A stretch of DNA of 64,000 bases, taken from positions 63,280,738 to 63,344,737 of the forward strand of contig NC_068355.1 in NCBI RefSeq assembly GCF_020536995.1. The letters run 5' to 3'. The DNA is from Dreissena polymorpha. Taxonomy: Eukaryota. Made by a program: the position numbers and the translations under genes. The notes under the pieces are model-generated. The model was not told where the DNA came from and searched no databases. It saw only the letters and a list, made by a program, of their open reading frames with translations. Position 1 is the stretch's first letter. The number at the start of each line of letters is the position of its first letter. Below, piece after piece: positions 38,582-48,934 of this stretch.

Positions 38582-38934
38582 AACGTACATTCCTAGAAAG
38601 GAGGTTGTCGTTGAGGAAACTGTTCGCGCAACTGTAATCAAGCCAAACCAGGCAATCAGACTGCGTGCCCGAAAGGAGTGCATAGACCGGGAGGGCAGCA
38701 ACCGAGTGACGGGTGAAGAATGGCTGGTAAAAAGGACTGGAGCCTACCTTCCTGGGGCTTACGAGGAAGTGGTGGATGTTGTGAATGCATATGTGCTTAC
38801 AGAAAAGAAGGGGCTCCATATGCGTTCGTTGCGCACGTTCAAGGACGATTTCGGAGTCGTCCGTAAGAACGGGGAGGAATGGCTGATCACTATGGACATG
38901 ACAGAGACACACATTCCCAATGTGTATGAGGAGG
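38582..38934 (+). CDS. MVP: MVP exon 4: [58 protein letters not shown]...[21 protein letters not shown].
   Basis: Acceptor caaacag|CA. The reading frame is continuous with exon 3. Conserved [16 protein letters not shown] and TGEEWLV. Donor GAG|GTATGT. Confidence 0.9.
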
Positions 38935-38968
38935 TATGTGAGCTGTACTTTGGCATAAATAACTTGAC

Positions 38969-39560
38969 ATGCATATCAATGGTAACTTTTTTAGGCTGAT
39001 TCAAAATATGTATAAGAACATAAAATCATGTATCTGCTGTAACGGTTCATACTCTGAGTTCTTTTTATCAGAAATTGGGGTCAGACAAGGTGAAAATCTA
39101 TTGCCAGTGCTCTTTTCGTTATTCTTGAATGACCTACATTCATACCTGCACTCTAATGAATCCAATAAAATTGAACTTGGTGGTCCCAATTCTGCAGTAT
39201 CATGGCTTAGGCTTCTGATCCTTCTACGCAGACGACACGGTCATTGTATCCAATACAGCTGAAGATCTACAAAAAAGTCTAGATACTTTTAATAATTATT
39301 GCAAAAACTGGCACCTTAATGTAAATTTTACCAAAACAAAAATAGTTGTGTTTTTGGTGCAAGACAAACAAGGAATTTCCAATTTAAATGTGTCAACAAT
39401 GGCATAGAAATAACAAATACATATCATTATCTAGGAGTAGCTTTCTCTAGTAATGGCTCTTTCTTGAACGCATGTAAACATGTTAAAGAAAAAGCAGCAA
39501 AAGCCTTGCAACTTTGAAACTTGTTTTGGCCAAATATGGCATGATTCCCTTCGGGCGCTT
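38969..39560 (+). mobile_element. LINE reverse-transcriptase fragment in MVP intron 4, in the same orientation as the gene.
   Basis: The + frame reads ...FFLSEIGVRQGENLLPVLFSLFLNDL... then ILLYADDTVIVSNTAEDLQKSLDTFNNYCKNWHLNVNFTKTKIVVF. These are RT motifs GVRQG-LSPxLF, YADD and KTK. Confidence 0.75.
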
Positions 39561-39569
39561 AAACATAAA

Positions 39570-40080
39570 ACCCTATATTAAACCAGGTTTTCCGAAGGAA
39601 AACACTGGTTATTAGATTGGCGAATGTCGGCTGGCGGGCGGGCGGAACAAGCTTGTCCGGGCCATAACTTTGTCGTTCATTGTAAGATTTAAAAATCATT
39701 TAGCACATTTGTCAACCATCATTGGACTGTGTGTCACGCAAAAGAATTAGGCCAATATCTCCAAGGTCAAGGTCATACTTTTGAGTTCAAAGGTCAAAAA
39801 CGGCCATAAATGAGCTTAGCAGGGCCATAACTATGTCATTCATTGTGAGGTTTTAAAATCCTTTAGCACATTTGTTCACCATCATTGGACGGTGTGTCGC
39901 ACTAAAGAATTATCTCAATATCTCCAAGGTCAAGGTCGCCACATTTAAAAATAGATTTATTTTGAAACAAAGGGGGTTAATTATAAACAGTTCAGTTTGA
40001 GTTGTCTCCCTTTATCAGACTTTTTTTTTAAATTGAAAACCTGGTTTTGTGACAATTTTGTCCCTTGTTTTGTATAAGAT
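39570..40080 (+). mobile_element. Second copy of the CCAGGTTTTC-TIR MITE, with two internal ~165-bp units, immediately 5' of MVP exon 5.
   Basis: Head aaaccaggttttccgaaggaaaacactggttattagattggcgaatgtcggctggcgggcgggcgg and tail gaaaacctggttttgtgacaattttgtcccttgtt. The copy is collinear with 14588-15255. Confidence 0.65.
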
Positions 40081-40152
40081 ACTTGATAGATCCAGTGTTC
40101 TATACCTATACTCCTGTAACAATGTTTTTATCATTTTGTCCTGTTACTTCAG

Positions 40153-40263
40153 GTGGTTGGGGTATCCAATATCACCTCACTTAGCAACCGTCAGTATTGC
40201 GTGATTCTGGACCCTGTTGATGAAAAGGGCCGCCCACAAATGGGACGCAAGAAGCTGGTCAAG
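40153..40263 (+). CDS. MVP: MVP exon 5: [37 protein letters not shown].
   Basis: Acceptor tacttcag|GTG, donor AAG|GTGAAT. Conserved NYCVILDPV. Confidence 0.9.
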
Positions 40264-40467
40264 GTGAATATGGTCCTTTCATAGGTTGTTATAGATGATT
40301 TTGATGATTATGATGATGATGCTAATGATAATAACAAAGATGTATGTGTTTATAATTATTATAATGATTATAATAATGATTACAAAATTGATAATAAAGA
40401 CAAGCATGACTTTTATGACAACAATTATGATATCATGAAGTACACAGATGATGGTATATGGTTTCAG

Positions 40468-40587
40468 GGAGAGCTGTCATTTTTCCTGATGCCAGGTGAG
40501 CAATTGGAGCGAGGCATACAGAACGTCTACATCCTGGGGGAAGACGAGGGACTCATCCTGCGGGCAAACGAGACATTCACTGATGGG
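40468..40587 (+). CDS. MVP: MVP exon 6: [40 protein letters not shown].
   Basis: Acceptor tttcag|GGA. Conserved [23 protein letters not shown]. Donor GGG|GTAGGG. Confidence 0.9.
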
Positions 40588-42450
40588 GTAGGGCACATTG
40601 ATATGTACAGTGGTGTTAGTTAATCAGACATTCATAGATGGGGTAGGGCATATTGAGTTGTACAGTGGTAACAGTTAATGAGACGTTCATAGATTGGGAA
40701 GGCCACATTGAGATGTACAGTGGCACCAGTTAATGAGACATTCATAGACAGGGTAGGGCACATTGAGATTTACAGTGGTACTGGTTAATTAGACATTCAT
40801 AGATTGGGTAGGGCACATTCAGATGTACAGTGGTATTTTTATGCCTCCGAAGGAGGGCATATAGTGATCGCATTGTCCTTCTGTCTTTCCAGCATACTTA
40901 TGCGTTTAGGTTTCGAAAAATGCACATAACTTCTATATCGCTTCAGATGTAACCTTAATATTTGGTATGCATGTGTATATGGACCAGGCCTTTCCATATG
41001 CACACACATTTTGACCCCTTTGACTTTTACCTTGAACTTAGGGTCCGCGTTAAGGTTTCAAAATCTGCGTTTAGGTTTCGAAAAAAGAGTTTTTATGGGG
41101 CATATGTCTTCCGATGGAGACAGCTCTTGTTGTGAATAAGACATGCACAAACGAGGTAAGGTATACTGAGATGTTCAGTCGAACTGCTTAATGAGACATT
41201 CATAGATTGGGTAGGGCACACTGAGATGAACAGTGCTGTTGGTTAATGAGACATTCATAGACATTTATAGAAGGATTAGGGCGTGAAAAGATACTCAGAT
41301 GTACAGTGGAGTTTTTTAATGAGACATTCATTGACACATAGGGAACATTTATATATATAGTGGTATAAGTTATTGAGACATTCACTGACGGGTAGGGTAT
41401 GTTGAGATTAACAGTGGTGTTGGTTAATAAGACATACACAGGCATCGTAGAGTGCATAAAGATGTACAGTGGAATTAGTTGTTGAGACATTCATAGACAG
41501 GGTAGAGCGTGAAGATATAAGGAGATTTACAGTGGTGTTTAATGAGTTGTTTATAGACTGGGTAAGGGTACATTGAGATGTACTGTGGTATTAATTATTG
41601 AGACAATTATAGACAGGGTAGGGCACACTGCGATGTAAAGTGGTGTTAGGCAATGAGACATTAATATACAGGGTCGGGCATATTGAGATGTTCAGTGCTT
41701 TTAGTTAATGAGACATTCAAAGATGGGGTCAGGCACATTGAGATGTACAGAGGTATTTGGTATTAAGACAATCATTGACAAGGTAGGGCACACTGAGATG
41801 TACAGTGATGCATGTATAAGCTATTGAGACAATCATAGACAGGGTAGGGCGTGAAGATATACTGAGATGTACAGTGGTATTAGTTGTGAGACATTCATAG
41901 ATGGGGTAGGGCACATTGAGATGTACTGTGGTATTAATTATTGAGGCAATTATAGACAGAGTAGGGCAAACAGATGAACAGTGGTGTTAGTTAATGAGAA
42001 ATGCACAGACAGGGTAGGGTGCATTTAGATGTACAGTGGAATTAGTTATATAGACAGTCATAGACGGGATAGGGCGTGACGATATACTGAAATGAACAGT
42101 GGTTTTAGTTAATGAGACATTCATAGATGGGGTAGGGCATATTAAAATATACAGTGGTTTTAGTTAATTATACATTAATTGGTATTAGTAAATGAGACTT
42201 TCATAGACAGGGTTGGGCACACTGATCAGTGATGTTGGTTAATTAAACATTAATAGATGGGGTAGGGGGCATTGGATGTACAATGGTACTGGTTAATGAG
42301 AAATTTATATATGGGTTAAAAAACATTGAGATGTAGAGTGGTATTAGTTATGAGACATTCATAGACAGGGTAGGGTATGAAGAGATACTGAGATATACAG
42401 TGATGTTGGCATATGAGACATTCATAGAGGGGGAAGGGCACATTAAGTAG
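40588..42450 (+). repeat. Intronic minisatellite in MVP intron 6: a ~59-bp unit in about 26 copies that starts at the exon 6 donor.
   Basis: Unit aatgagacattcatagatggggtagggcacattgagatgtacagtggtattagtta. The first unit overlaps the exon end (acgagacattcactgatggg|gtagggcacattgatatgtacagtgg). The array is interrupted by an element insertion at 40843-41135. Confidence 0.85.
40843..41135 (+). mobile_element. Hairpin-headed element inserted into the intron 6 minisatellite.
   Basis: Head tttttatgcctccgaaggagggcatatagtgatcgcattgtccttctgtc, tail tttttatggggcatatgtcttccgatggagacagctcttgtt. The minisatellite resumes on both sides. Confidence 0.55.
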
Positions 42451-42508
42451 TGGTAGTTAACATTTGATAATGCATTATATGTATATATTTGTGTGTGTCC
42501 CTTTTCAG

Positions 42509-42658
42509 GATGTGACACGTCGCCCTGGTGATCGCTGGATGATTCGTGGCCCCAAGGAGTATGTGCCGCCAGTTGAGGTGGAGGTCGTGATGAAGAGACA
42601 GGCGATCCCATTGGATGAGAATGAGGGCGTGTACGTGAGGGACATCAAGACTGGAAGG
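42509..42658 (+). CDS. MVP: MVP exon 7: [50 protein letters not shown].
   Basis: Acceptor cttttcag|GAT. Conserved GDHWLIRGPLEYVP...[21 protein letters not shown]. Donor AGG|GTAAGA. Confidence 0.92.
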
Positions 42659-42789
42659 GTAAGAAAACTGGACATGGAGATACATTGTCCTTTTCCTGTT
42701 CATTTTACTTTTATGTTTTGTAAACCAGTTAATTATTAAATAATTTACTGTAAATGCATATCTGCAATACTTTCAACGAGTTATAGCAT

Positions 42790-43720
42790 CCTTTGGGATT
42801 CTCTCAAGAATCAGTGCGAAACCATTCTTTATGAATAGTCCTAATGGTTTTTCAAAGGTCTAAATGTTATATCAATAGACTCCATGATTTTTTATTTATC
42901 TTTATAGTTTATCAGTAGTCCCAATTGTTTATCAATATTCCCAATTGCAATTGTTTATCAATAGTGCAAATGTTTAATCAACAGTCCCCATGGTTGATCA
43001 TTAATACCAATTGTTTAAAAACAGTTTAACTTGTTTATCAACAGTTCAACATTGCAATTGTTTATCAATAGTCCAAATGGTTTTAATCAATAGTCCCAAT
43101 GGTTTATTGATTGTCCCAACTGTTGATTTATTGTTCAAATAACAATTGTTTATCAAAAGTCCCCATTTAATATCAATAGTGCTAATGGTTTATCATTAAT
43201 CAATAGTGCCAATGTTATCTTAATAATCTCCATGGTTAATCATTTATCAAAAGTCCCAATGGGTAATCAATAGTCCCGTTGGTTTATATATAGTCACAAT
43301 GGTTTATCTATAGTTCCTTTGATTATGAACAGTTCCAAGGTTTTTCTTTTATCAATAGTCCAATTGTTAGTCAGCAGTCACCGTAGTGTAGTAAAAGTAA
43401 TATTGGTTTTTCAAAATTGGATTGGTTCAATAAATAGTCCAAATGGTTAATCAATTGTCAAAATGATTAACTAATAGCCCCGATTGTGTATTAATAGTCC
43501 CAATGGTTTATCTCTAGTCTCAATGTCTTATCAATAGTCCCCACATTTTATTGAATTTCCCATAGTTTATCTATAGTCCCATTGAATATCAATAGTCATT
43601 ATGGTTTATCCATGTCCCCATCATTAATCATTTGTGTCAATTGTGTATCAAAAGTGTTGATAGCAATTGTTTACCAATAGGCCACAAGGTTTTATCAAAA
43701 GTTCCCATGGTTAATAAAAA
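42790..43720. repeat. Intronic minisatellite in MVP intron 7: a ~20-40-bp unit (tttatcaatagtcccaatgg) in many degenerate copies.
   Basis: Direct reading of the recurring caatagtcc(c/a)aatggtt(t/a)atc motif. Confidence 0.75.
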
Positions 43721-43758
43721 AAAGGTTTAATCACTAGTCTCTATATCTGTGACACTAG

Positions 43759-44000
43759 GTTCGTGCAGTGACTGGTGAGACATACATGATCAATCAAGAT
43801 GAAGAACTCTGGGCTAAGGAGCTGCCCCCTGCAGTGGAGGCCCTTCTAGCTGCGGCAAAGGATCCTATAGCTGATCGTGGTGACCGACGCACAGGGCCCG
43901 CAGAAGGTTCCAAGCCCCGTGACAAGACCCGAGTGATATCCTTCCGGGTGCCTCACAATGCTGCTGTGCAGATCTATGACTACAAGGAGAAGAAAGCAAG
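43759..44000 (+). CDS. MVP: MVP exon 8: [24 protein letters not shown]...[23 protein letters not shown](R).
   Basis: Acceptor cactag|GTT. Conserved VRAV.G.TYML.QDE.LWEKELP and [18 protein letters not shown]. Donor AAG|GTGTGT. Confidence 0.92.
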
Positions 44001-44181
44001 GTGTGTTCAATGAATTCCTGAATTAAATATTAGATAAAATGAAATAATGTAATAGAATTTAACAATAATAAACTTGTCCCTTTTGTTAAGTTTCATATCT
44101 GGGCATACAAATTAATGCAGCATAATACTAAATTAAACAGACATTTATAATACTTATAATTCTTTCGGTTCCCCTCTGTAG

Positions 44182-44379
44182 AGTGGTGTTTGGCCCAGAG
44201 CTGGTGATGCTGGGACCCGATGAGCAGTTCACTCAGCTGAGCATCTCTGGAGGCAAGCCAAAGAAGCCAAATGAGATTAAGTCCCTGTGTCTGATGCTGG
44301 GGCCTGACTTCATGACGGACATTATCACGGTTGAGACCTCTGACCACGCCCGCCTCTCTCTGCAGCTCTCGTACAACTG
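44182..44379 (+). CDS. MVP: MVP exon 9: (R)[65 protein letters not shown](W).
   Basis: Acceptor ctctgtag|A. Conserved [19 protein letters not shown] and LLLGPDFFTDVITIET.DHARL.LQL.YNW. The donor TG|GTTGGT is weak, and is placed by phase and the conserved W. Confidence 0.85.
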
Positions 44380-44496
44380 GTTGGTGAAGAGCCAATTTGA
44401 AAAATCACATTAATGTGTATTATTTATTGACTTTCAGTTCTATAAAATTGTGTATCACTTTATATTTCTATGCTCTCCAGCAAGATTCTATGACCA

Positions 44497-44960
44497 TCAT
44501 TTTTATGCCCCCTTTCGAAGAAAAGGGGGTATATAGTTTTCGCACTGTCAGTCTGTCACACTTTTTGTGTCCGCTCTCTAATTCAAATAGTTTTTATCAG
44601 ATCTTTACCAAACTAGGTAAAGTTCGAATATGGGTCATGCCAGGTAAAAAACTAAGTCACGGGGTCGAAAAAAACAAATCCAAGGGAACTTATAAGCTTT
44701 AAATGGACAATTATCTGACCTGCCGAATTATATATTTTTGTTAAATAAATCAAAGCGGCGCAGTAGGTGGCATTGTGTTTCTGACAAACACATCGTGGTA
44801 AAAGGTCAAGGTCATCCTTCAGGGTCTAAGGTCAAAAAAACAAATCCAAGAGAAGTAATAAGCTTTAAATGGAAATAATTATTCACTATAGAACATAGCA
44901 ACTTGATATTTGGCATGCATGTGTATCTCATGGAGCTGCACATTTTGAGTGGTGAATCTA
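44497..44960 (+). mobile_element. Hairpin-headed element (TTTATGCCCCCtttcgaagaaaaGGGGGTATAT) plus a partial satellite-like core, in MVP intron 9.
   Basis: Head at 44497. Tail caaagcggcgcagtaggtggcattgtgtttctgacaaacacatcgtgg at ~44750-44800. Core fragment at 44800-44960. A further tail-only fragment, cccccccccccccccgcgg...caaagcggcgcagtaagggggcattgtgtttctgacaaacatatctcttgtt, lies at 45300-45490. Confidence 0.55.
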
Positions 44961-45747
44961 CAGTCACGGTAGTGGCTTTTAATTATTTGCTACTAAAAAT
45001 AGAGATTTGTTAGAGACAATTATTTTCAAGGGAAGTAATTTATATAATTATAAATCTCAGATTATATATTTCCTTACCAAGAATTCAAGTTCTTTTTACA
45101 GTTACTGTACAAATTTTTTAGTTTGATTATTTACAACTCAAATGATTGATTTGTCAAATTTTTTTTTTTTAAATGATATGATTATCATTTCTTTCCTGTA
45201 CTAATTTGTGAATGGAAGGGTTCATTACATTACATACCTGTGCACTCTGTCTATGATCTCTTTGAGAAACCACAGGCCTTGGTTGTCAGTGACGTCTGAC
45301 TTGGTCATTTTTGACTGTCTACAGACCCCCCCCCCCCCCCCCCCGCGGTTGGATTTGACAAAATCCAACGGTAGTAATAATAAGCTTTAAAGGGAGATGA
45401 ATTCTATACCTGCCAATGATAAATAGAAATTTTATTCAAAGCGGCGCAGTAAGGGGGCATTGTGTTTCTGACAAACATATCTCTTGTTAAGAATATATTG
45501 GGGAAAAAAACTTAAAATGTGAAACTTGTGTATGTAAAGTTATCAAAAAAGTTCAATGTTTGTTTAGTTTCAATACCTCAAAAGTGTTTTAATGCCATTT
45601 GCCTACTAAAACTTCTCTCTACCATTTACTTTCTTTAAGGTCTTAATTCTGCAGTTTAAACAAAATTTTTTTATATCTTAAAAAAAAAAAATTCTCTGAT
45701 TGTTGTGAATCATGTGAACTGATCAACACCCATTTTGTCTGTTTTAG

Positions 45748-46104
45748 GCACTTTGAAATTCAGGACAAAGGCAAATTAGATGAAGCTGCCATGATATTCA
45801 GTGTCCCAGATTTTGTTGGGGACGCCTGTAAAGCCATTGCCTCCAGGGTAAGAGGGGCAGTGGCACAGGTGCCCTTCGATGACTTCCACAAAAACTCCGC
45901 CCGTGTAATTCGTTCATCTGTGTTCGGACTTGACGAAAAGGGCAAAGTGCGAGACCACTTCATGTTTAAGCAGAACAACCTGATAATCACAAGCATCGAC
46001 ATTCAGTCCGTGGAGCCAGTGGACCAGAGGACTCGTGACTCTCTGCAGAAATCCGTTCAGCTTGCAATCGAGATCACAACCAACTCCCAGGAGGCCACAG
46101 CAAG
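45748..46104 (+). CDS. MVP: MVP exon 10: (W)[67 protein letters not shown]...[21 protein letters not shown](R).
   Basis: Acceptor gttttag|G. Nearly identical to the vertebrate MVP shoulder domain ([39 protein letters not shown]...[19 protein letters not shown]). The internal gtaaga at 45848 is read through in frame. Donor AAG|GTGAGA. Confidence 0.93.
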
Positions 46105-46589
46105 GTGAGAAATTAACCAGTAGACAAATATTGATTGCTGGTCAGAGTTTGCTAGTATGAGCGTTGAACAATTTGATCTTCAGGTCAAATCTTATAAAAA
46201 CCTTTCTACAACTTTAGAGGCCAATTTATGACTCAATATTGATATCACTTGGTCAGAATGCTTATCTTAACAATATCTAGGCCAATATCTAGGCCAATTT
46301 TTACCAAAAGCAAGATAAACAGGTCCTATTTGATAACTCTTATGGTGACACTTGGTCAGAATGTAAATCTTGAAAATACCTAGGCATATTTCAAATCTGA
46401 TCATGTGCGTCTAGAATCGAGGTCACAAGGTCCAAGCCTTAAAACAGTTTCATCTCTCAAAGGGCAACATTTATTACTCTAGCTTGATTACACTTAGTCA
46501 GAATGTTTTACTTGACTATATCAAGGCAAATAAATAATCTGGATCACGTGCATAGACAATTGAGGTAACTATGTAAAAGCTTAAACACA

Positions 46590-46890
46590 TTTTTATGCCC
46601 TCAGATCGAATGATCAGGGGTATATTGTTTTTGGCCTGTCTGTCTGTCATTGTCTGTCTGTCATTGTCTGTCTGTCATTGTCTGTGTCACAAACTTTAAC
46701 CTTTGTCATAACTTTTGCAATTTTTAAGATAGCAACTTGATATTTGGCATGCATGTGTATCTCATGGAGCTGCACATTTTGAGTGGTGAAAGGTCAAGGT
46801 CATCCTTCAAGGTTAAAGGTCAAATATATGGCTTCAAAGCAGCACAGTAGGGGGCATTTTTTTCACAAACACAGCTCTTGTTTCTATCTA
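46590..46890 (+). mobile_element. Single-unit copy of the hairpin-(GTCT)n-satellite element in MVP intron 10.
   Basis: ttttatgccctcagatcgaatgatcaggggtatattgtttttggcctgtctgtctgtcattgtctg... one core repeat ... caaagcagcacagtagggggcatttttttcacaaacacagctcttgtttc. Confidence 0.65.
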
Positions 46891-47469
46891 ATTGCAACAT
46901 TTATCACTATTGATTGAAAATGTTTGTCATAATGTTTATCTTGAAAATATCTAGGCAAAGTTTGAGTCTGAGTAAGGTGCAATTGAAAAACAAGATCAGT
47001 AGACAAAGTCTTAAAAAATCACTCTTTGCTACTTAAGAGGCCACTTGTATGGCAAAGTCTCGAGGAAACTTGGTCATAGTGTTTATTTTTTTCTATATAT
47101 GGGTGATGTTTGATTTTGTATCAAGTTGGATAAAAAAACTACCAGGTCATGTCTCCAACACTCGGAGTGCTTGAACTGCGTGCTACCGGGCTATCTCGTT
47201 AACAATTACATAATCTCTTGTTTACCTCAGAAATACAAATGCACAATAAACTCAGATCCTGATTGACCTAAATAAAAAGAATCTACTTGTCAGCTGATTT
47301 TGAAAAATTATTTGTGTTGCATTAAAAATCCAGGTGCACATGATACATCGTAAATTATTGTACAACTTCCATGACAAAAATCAGGGTTGCAAAACTATTT
47401 CAGTACTAATACTGATTTAATATTTAACAAATCTGCATTGCTCTATCTTTCTCCACAATGGTCTTTCAG

Positions 47470-47689
47470 ACATGAGGCTGAGAGGCTCGAGCAGGAAGCC
47501 AAGGGTCGTCTAGAACGCCAGAAGATCAGTGACGAAGCAGAGGCAGAGAAAGCCCGTCGAGACCTGCTGGAATTGCAGGCCCTCAGCTCAGCTGTTGAGT
47601 CAACAGGTCAGGCGAAGGCAGAGGCCCAGTCCCGCGCTGAGGCCGCCAGGATTGAAGGAGAGGCTGCTGTGGAGCAGGCCAAACTCAAG
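47470..47689 (+). CDS. MVP: MVP exon 11: [73 protein letters not shown].
   Basis: Acceptor tctttcag|A. Conserved MVP cap-helix region [19 protein letters not shown]...[38 protein letters not shown]. Donor AAG|GTACAA. Confidence 0.93.
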
Positions 47690-48409
47690 GTACAATGCTA
47701 ATTGCTTGTGATTGGGTATCAGGTAAAAGGCTGAAGAAGATAATGCACAATTTGACTCAGTGTAATATTATTTTGAGGTAAACAAATGATATTTTGTTTA
47801 TAGGGGTCATTTTGTGAGTTAATGGTATTGAGTTTTTTGATAGAATGGTTTCTATGAACATATCACAATGATCTTTTCCCCATACTCATTTTTAACATTT
47901 TTAAATTGGCAAAAGTGTAAGAACTTGTTATCAAGTGCAGTCTTTTATCCTATTACCAGATGAAAATCGATTATATAAAACGATCGTATAAACATGAGAT
48001 TTATACTATCGCTATTTTTATATCAGATTTGGGGTTTTCCAAAAATTGTAGAATATGTTTTTGTCAACTACGGAAAGATAAAATCATAAAAAAATGCGAT
48101 ATTTTATAATTATTAATGGGAAAGGGGAGGAAATAATAGGATAAATAGAATATTATGAGAGTTTGGGTTAAAGATCAAGTTTATCATGCTCGACTCGAAC
48201 CATGGTAGTGCTCGGCAAGCCTCACGCTAACATGGTTCTAAGCCTTGCATGATAATCTTGATATTTATCCAAAACTCACATAATATTCTCTCTTTATATA
48301 GTGACTAAAATAATGTCTTTTATTATTTAGCAAAAACAGTCCAATAGAAATAGATGTTACAAAGCTACTATATTAACCTATTGTAACCATTAACACTTAC
48401 ATATTTCAG

Positions 48410-48790
48410 TCCCAAGCCATGAAGATTGAGGCAGAATCTGAGCTCTCGCAACTGACAAATGCCAGAGAAGCCGAACTGAAATTCCTGAAGGAACAAAATG
48501 AGCTGGAGCTTTCGAAATCTCGCGAGACAGCAGATATCGAAACCAAGAAATTCAAGCAGATGGTGGACGCCATCGGAGCAAGCACCCTGCAAGCTATCGC
48601 CACCTCTGGGCCAGATATGCAGGTCAGGATGCTTCAGGCTCTCGGCATGAAGTCCACTGTGATCACGGACGGCAAGACACCCATCAATCTGTTCAATACT
48701 GCCCAGGGGCTCATTGGGGGCATGGGTGGGGCAGTTGTGCCATCCAAGAGGTCACGTCGTGAGGTTGTAGAGGAAGAGGGCGACGATTAA
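48410..48790 (+). CDS. MVP: MVP exon 12, terminal: [14 protein letters not shown]...[59 protein letters not shown]...EEEGDD*.
   Basis: Acceptor atatttcag|TCC. Conserved C-terminus [58 protein letters not shown]. Stop TAA at 48788-48790. Confidence 0.93.
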   Translation, partial: SQAMKIEAESELSQLTNAREAELKFLKEQNELELSKSRETADIETKKFKQMVDAIGASTLQAIATSGPDMQVRMLQALGMKSTVITDGKTPINLFNTAQGLIGGMGGAVVPSKRSRREVVEEEGDD

Positions 48791-48934
48791 ATGGATGTAC
48801 TGGGGCTTGCATATACTTTGAAATTTTTGTTAAATGTTTTGACTGCCCCTTCAAAATTGATGTGGACTTTGTGTTTCACATTGATTACGAACAATGCCTT
48901 GGTTTTATTTATATAAACATGAAACATTTTTAGC

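Noticed and set aside
40435-40623. ORF extending MVP exon 6 through the donor (..[14 protein letters not shown])
   Set aside because: The read-through terminates within 12 codons. The downstream exon 7 is in frame only if splicing occurs at GGG|GTAGGG at 40587.
45845-45853. gtaaga inside MVP exon 10 as a splice donor, which would end the exon at 45847
   Set aside because: Reading through it in frame gives [27 protein letters not shown], which matches conserved MVP residues without a gap. So it is coding sequence, not a donor.
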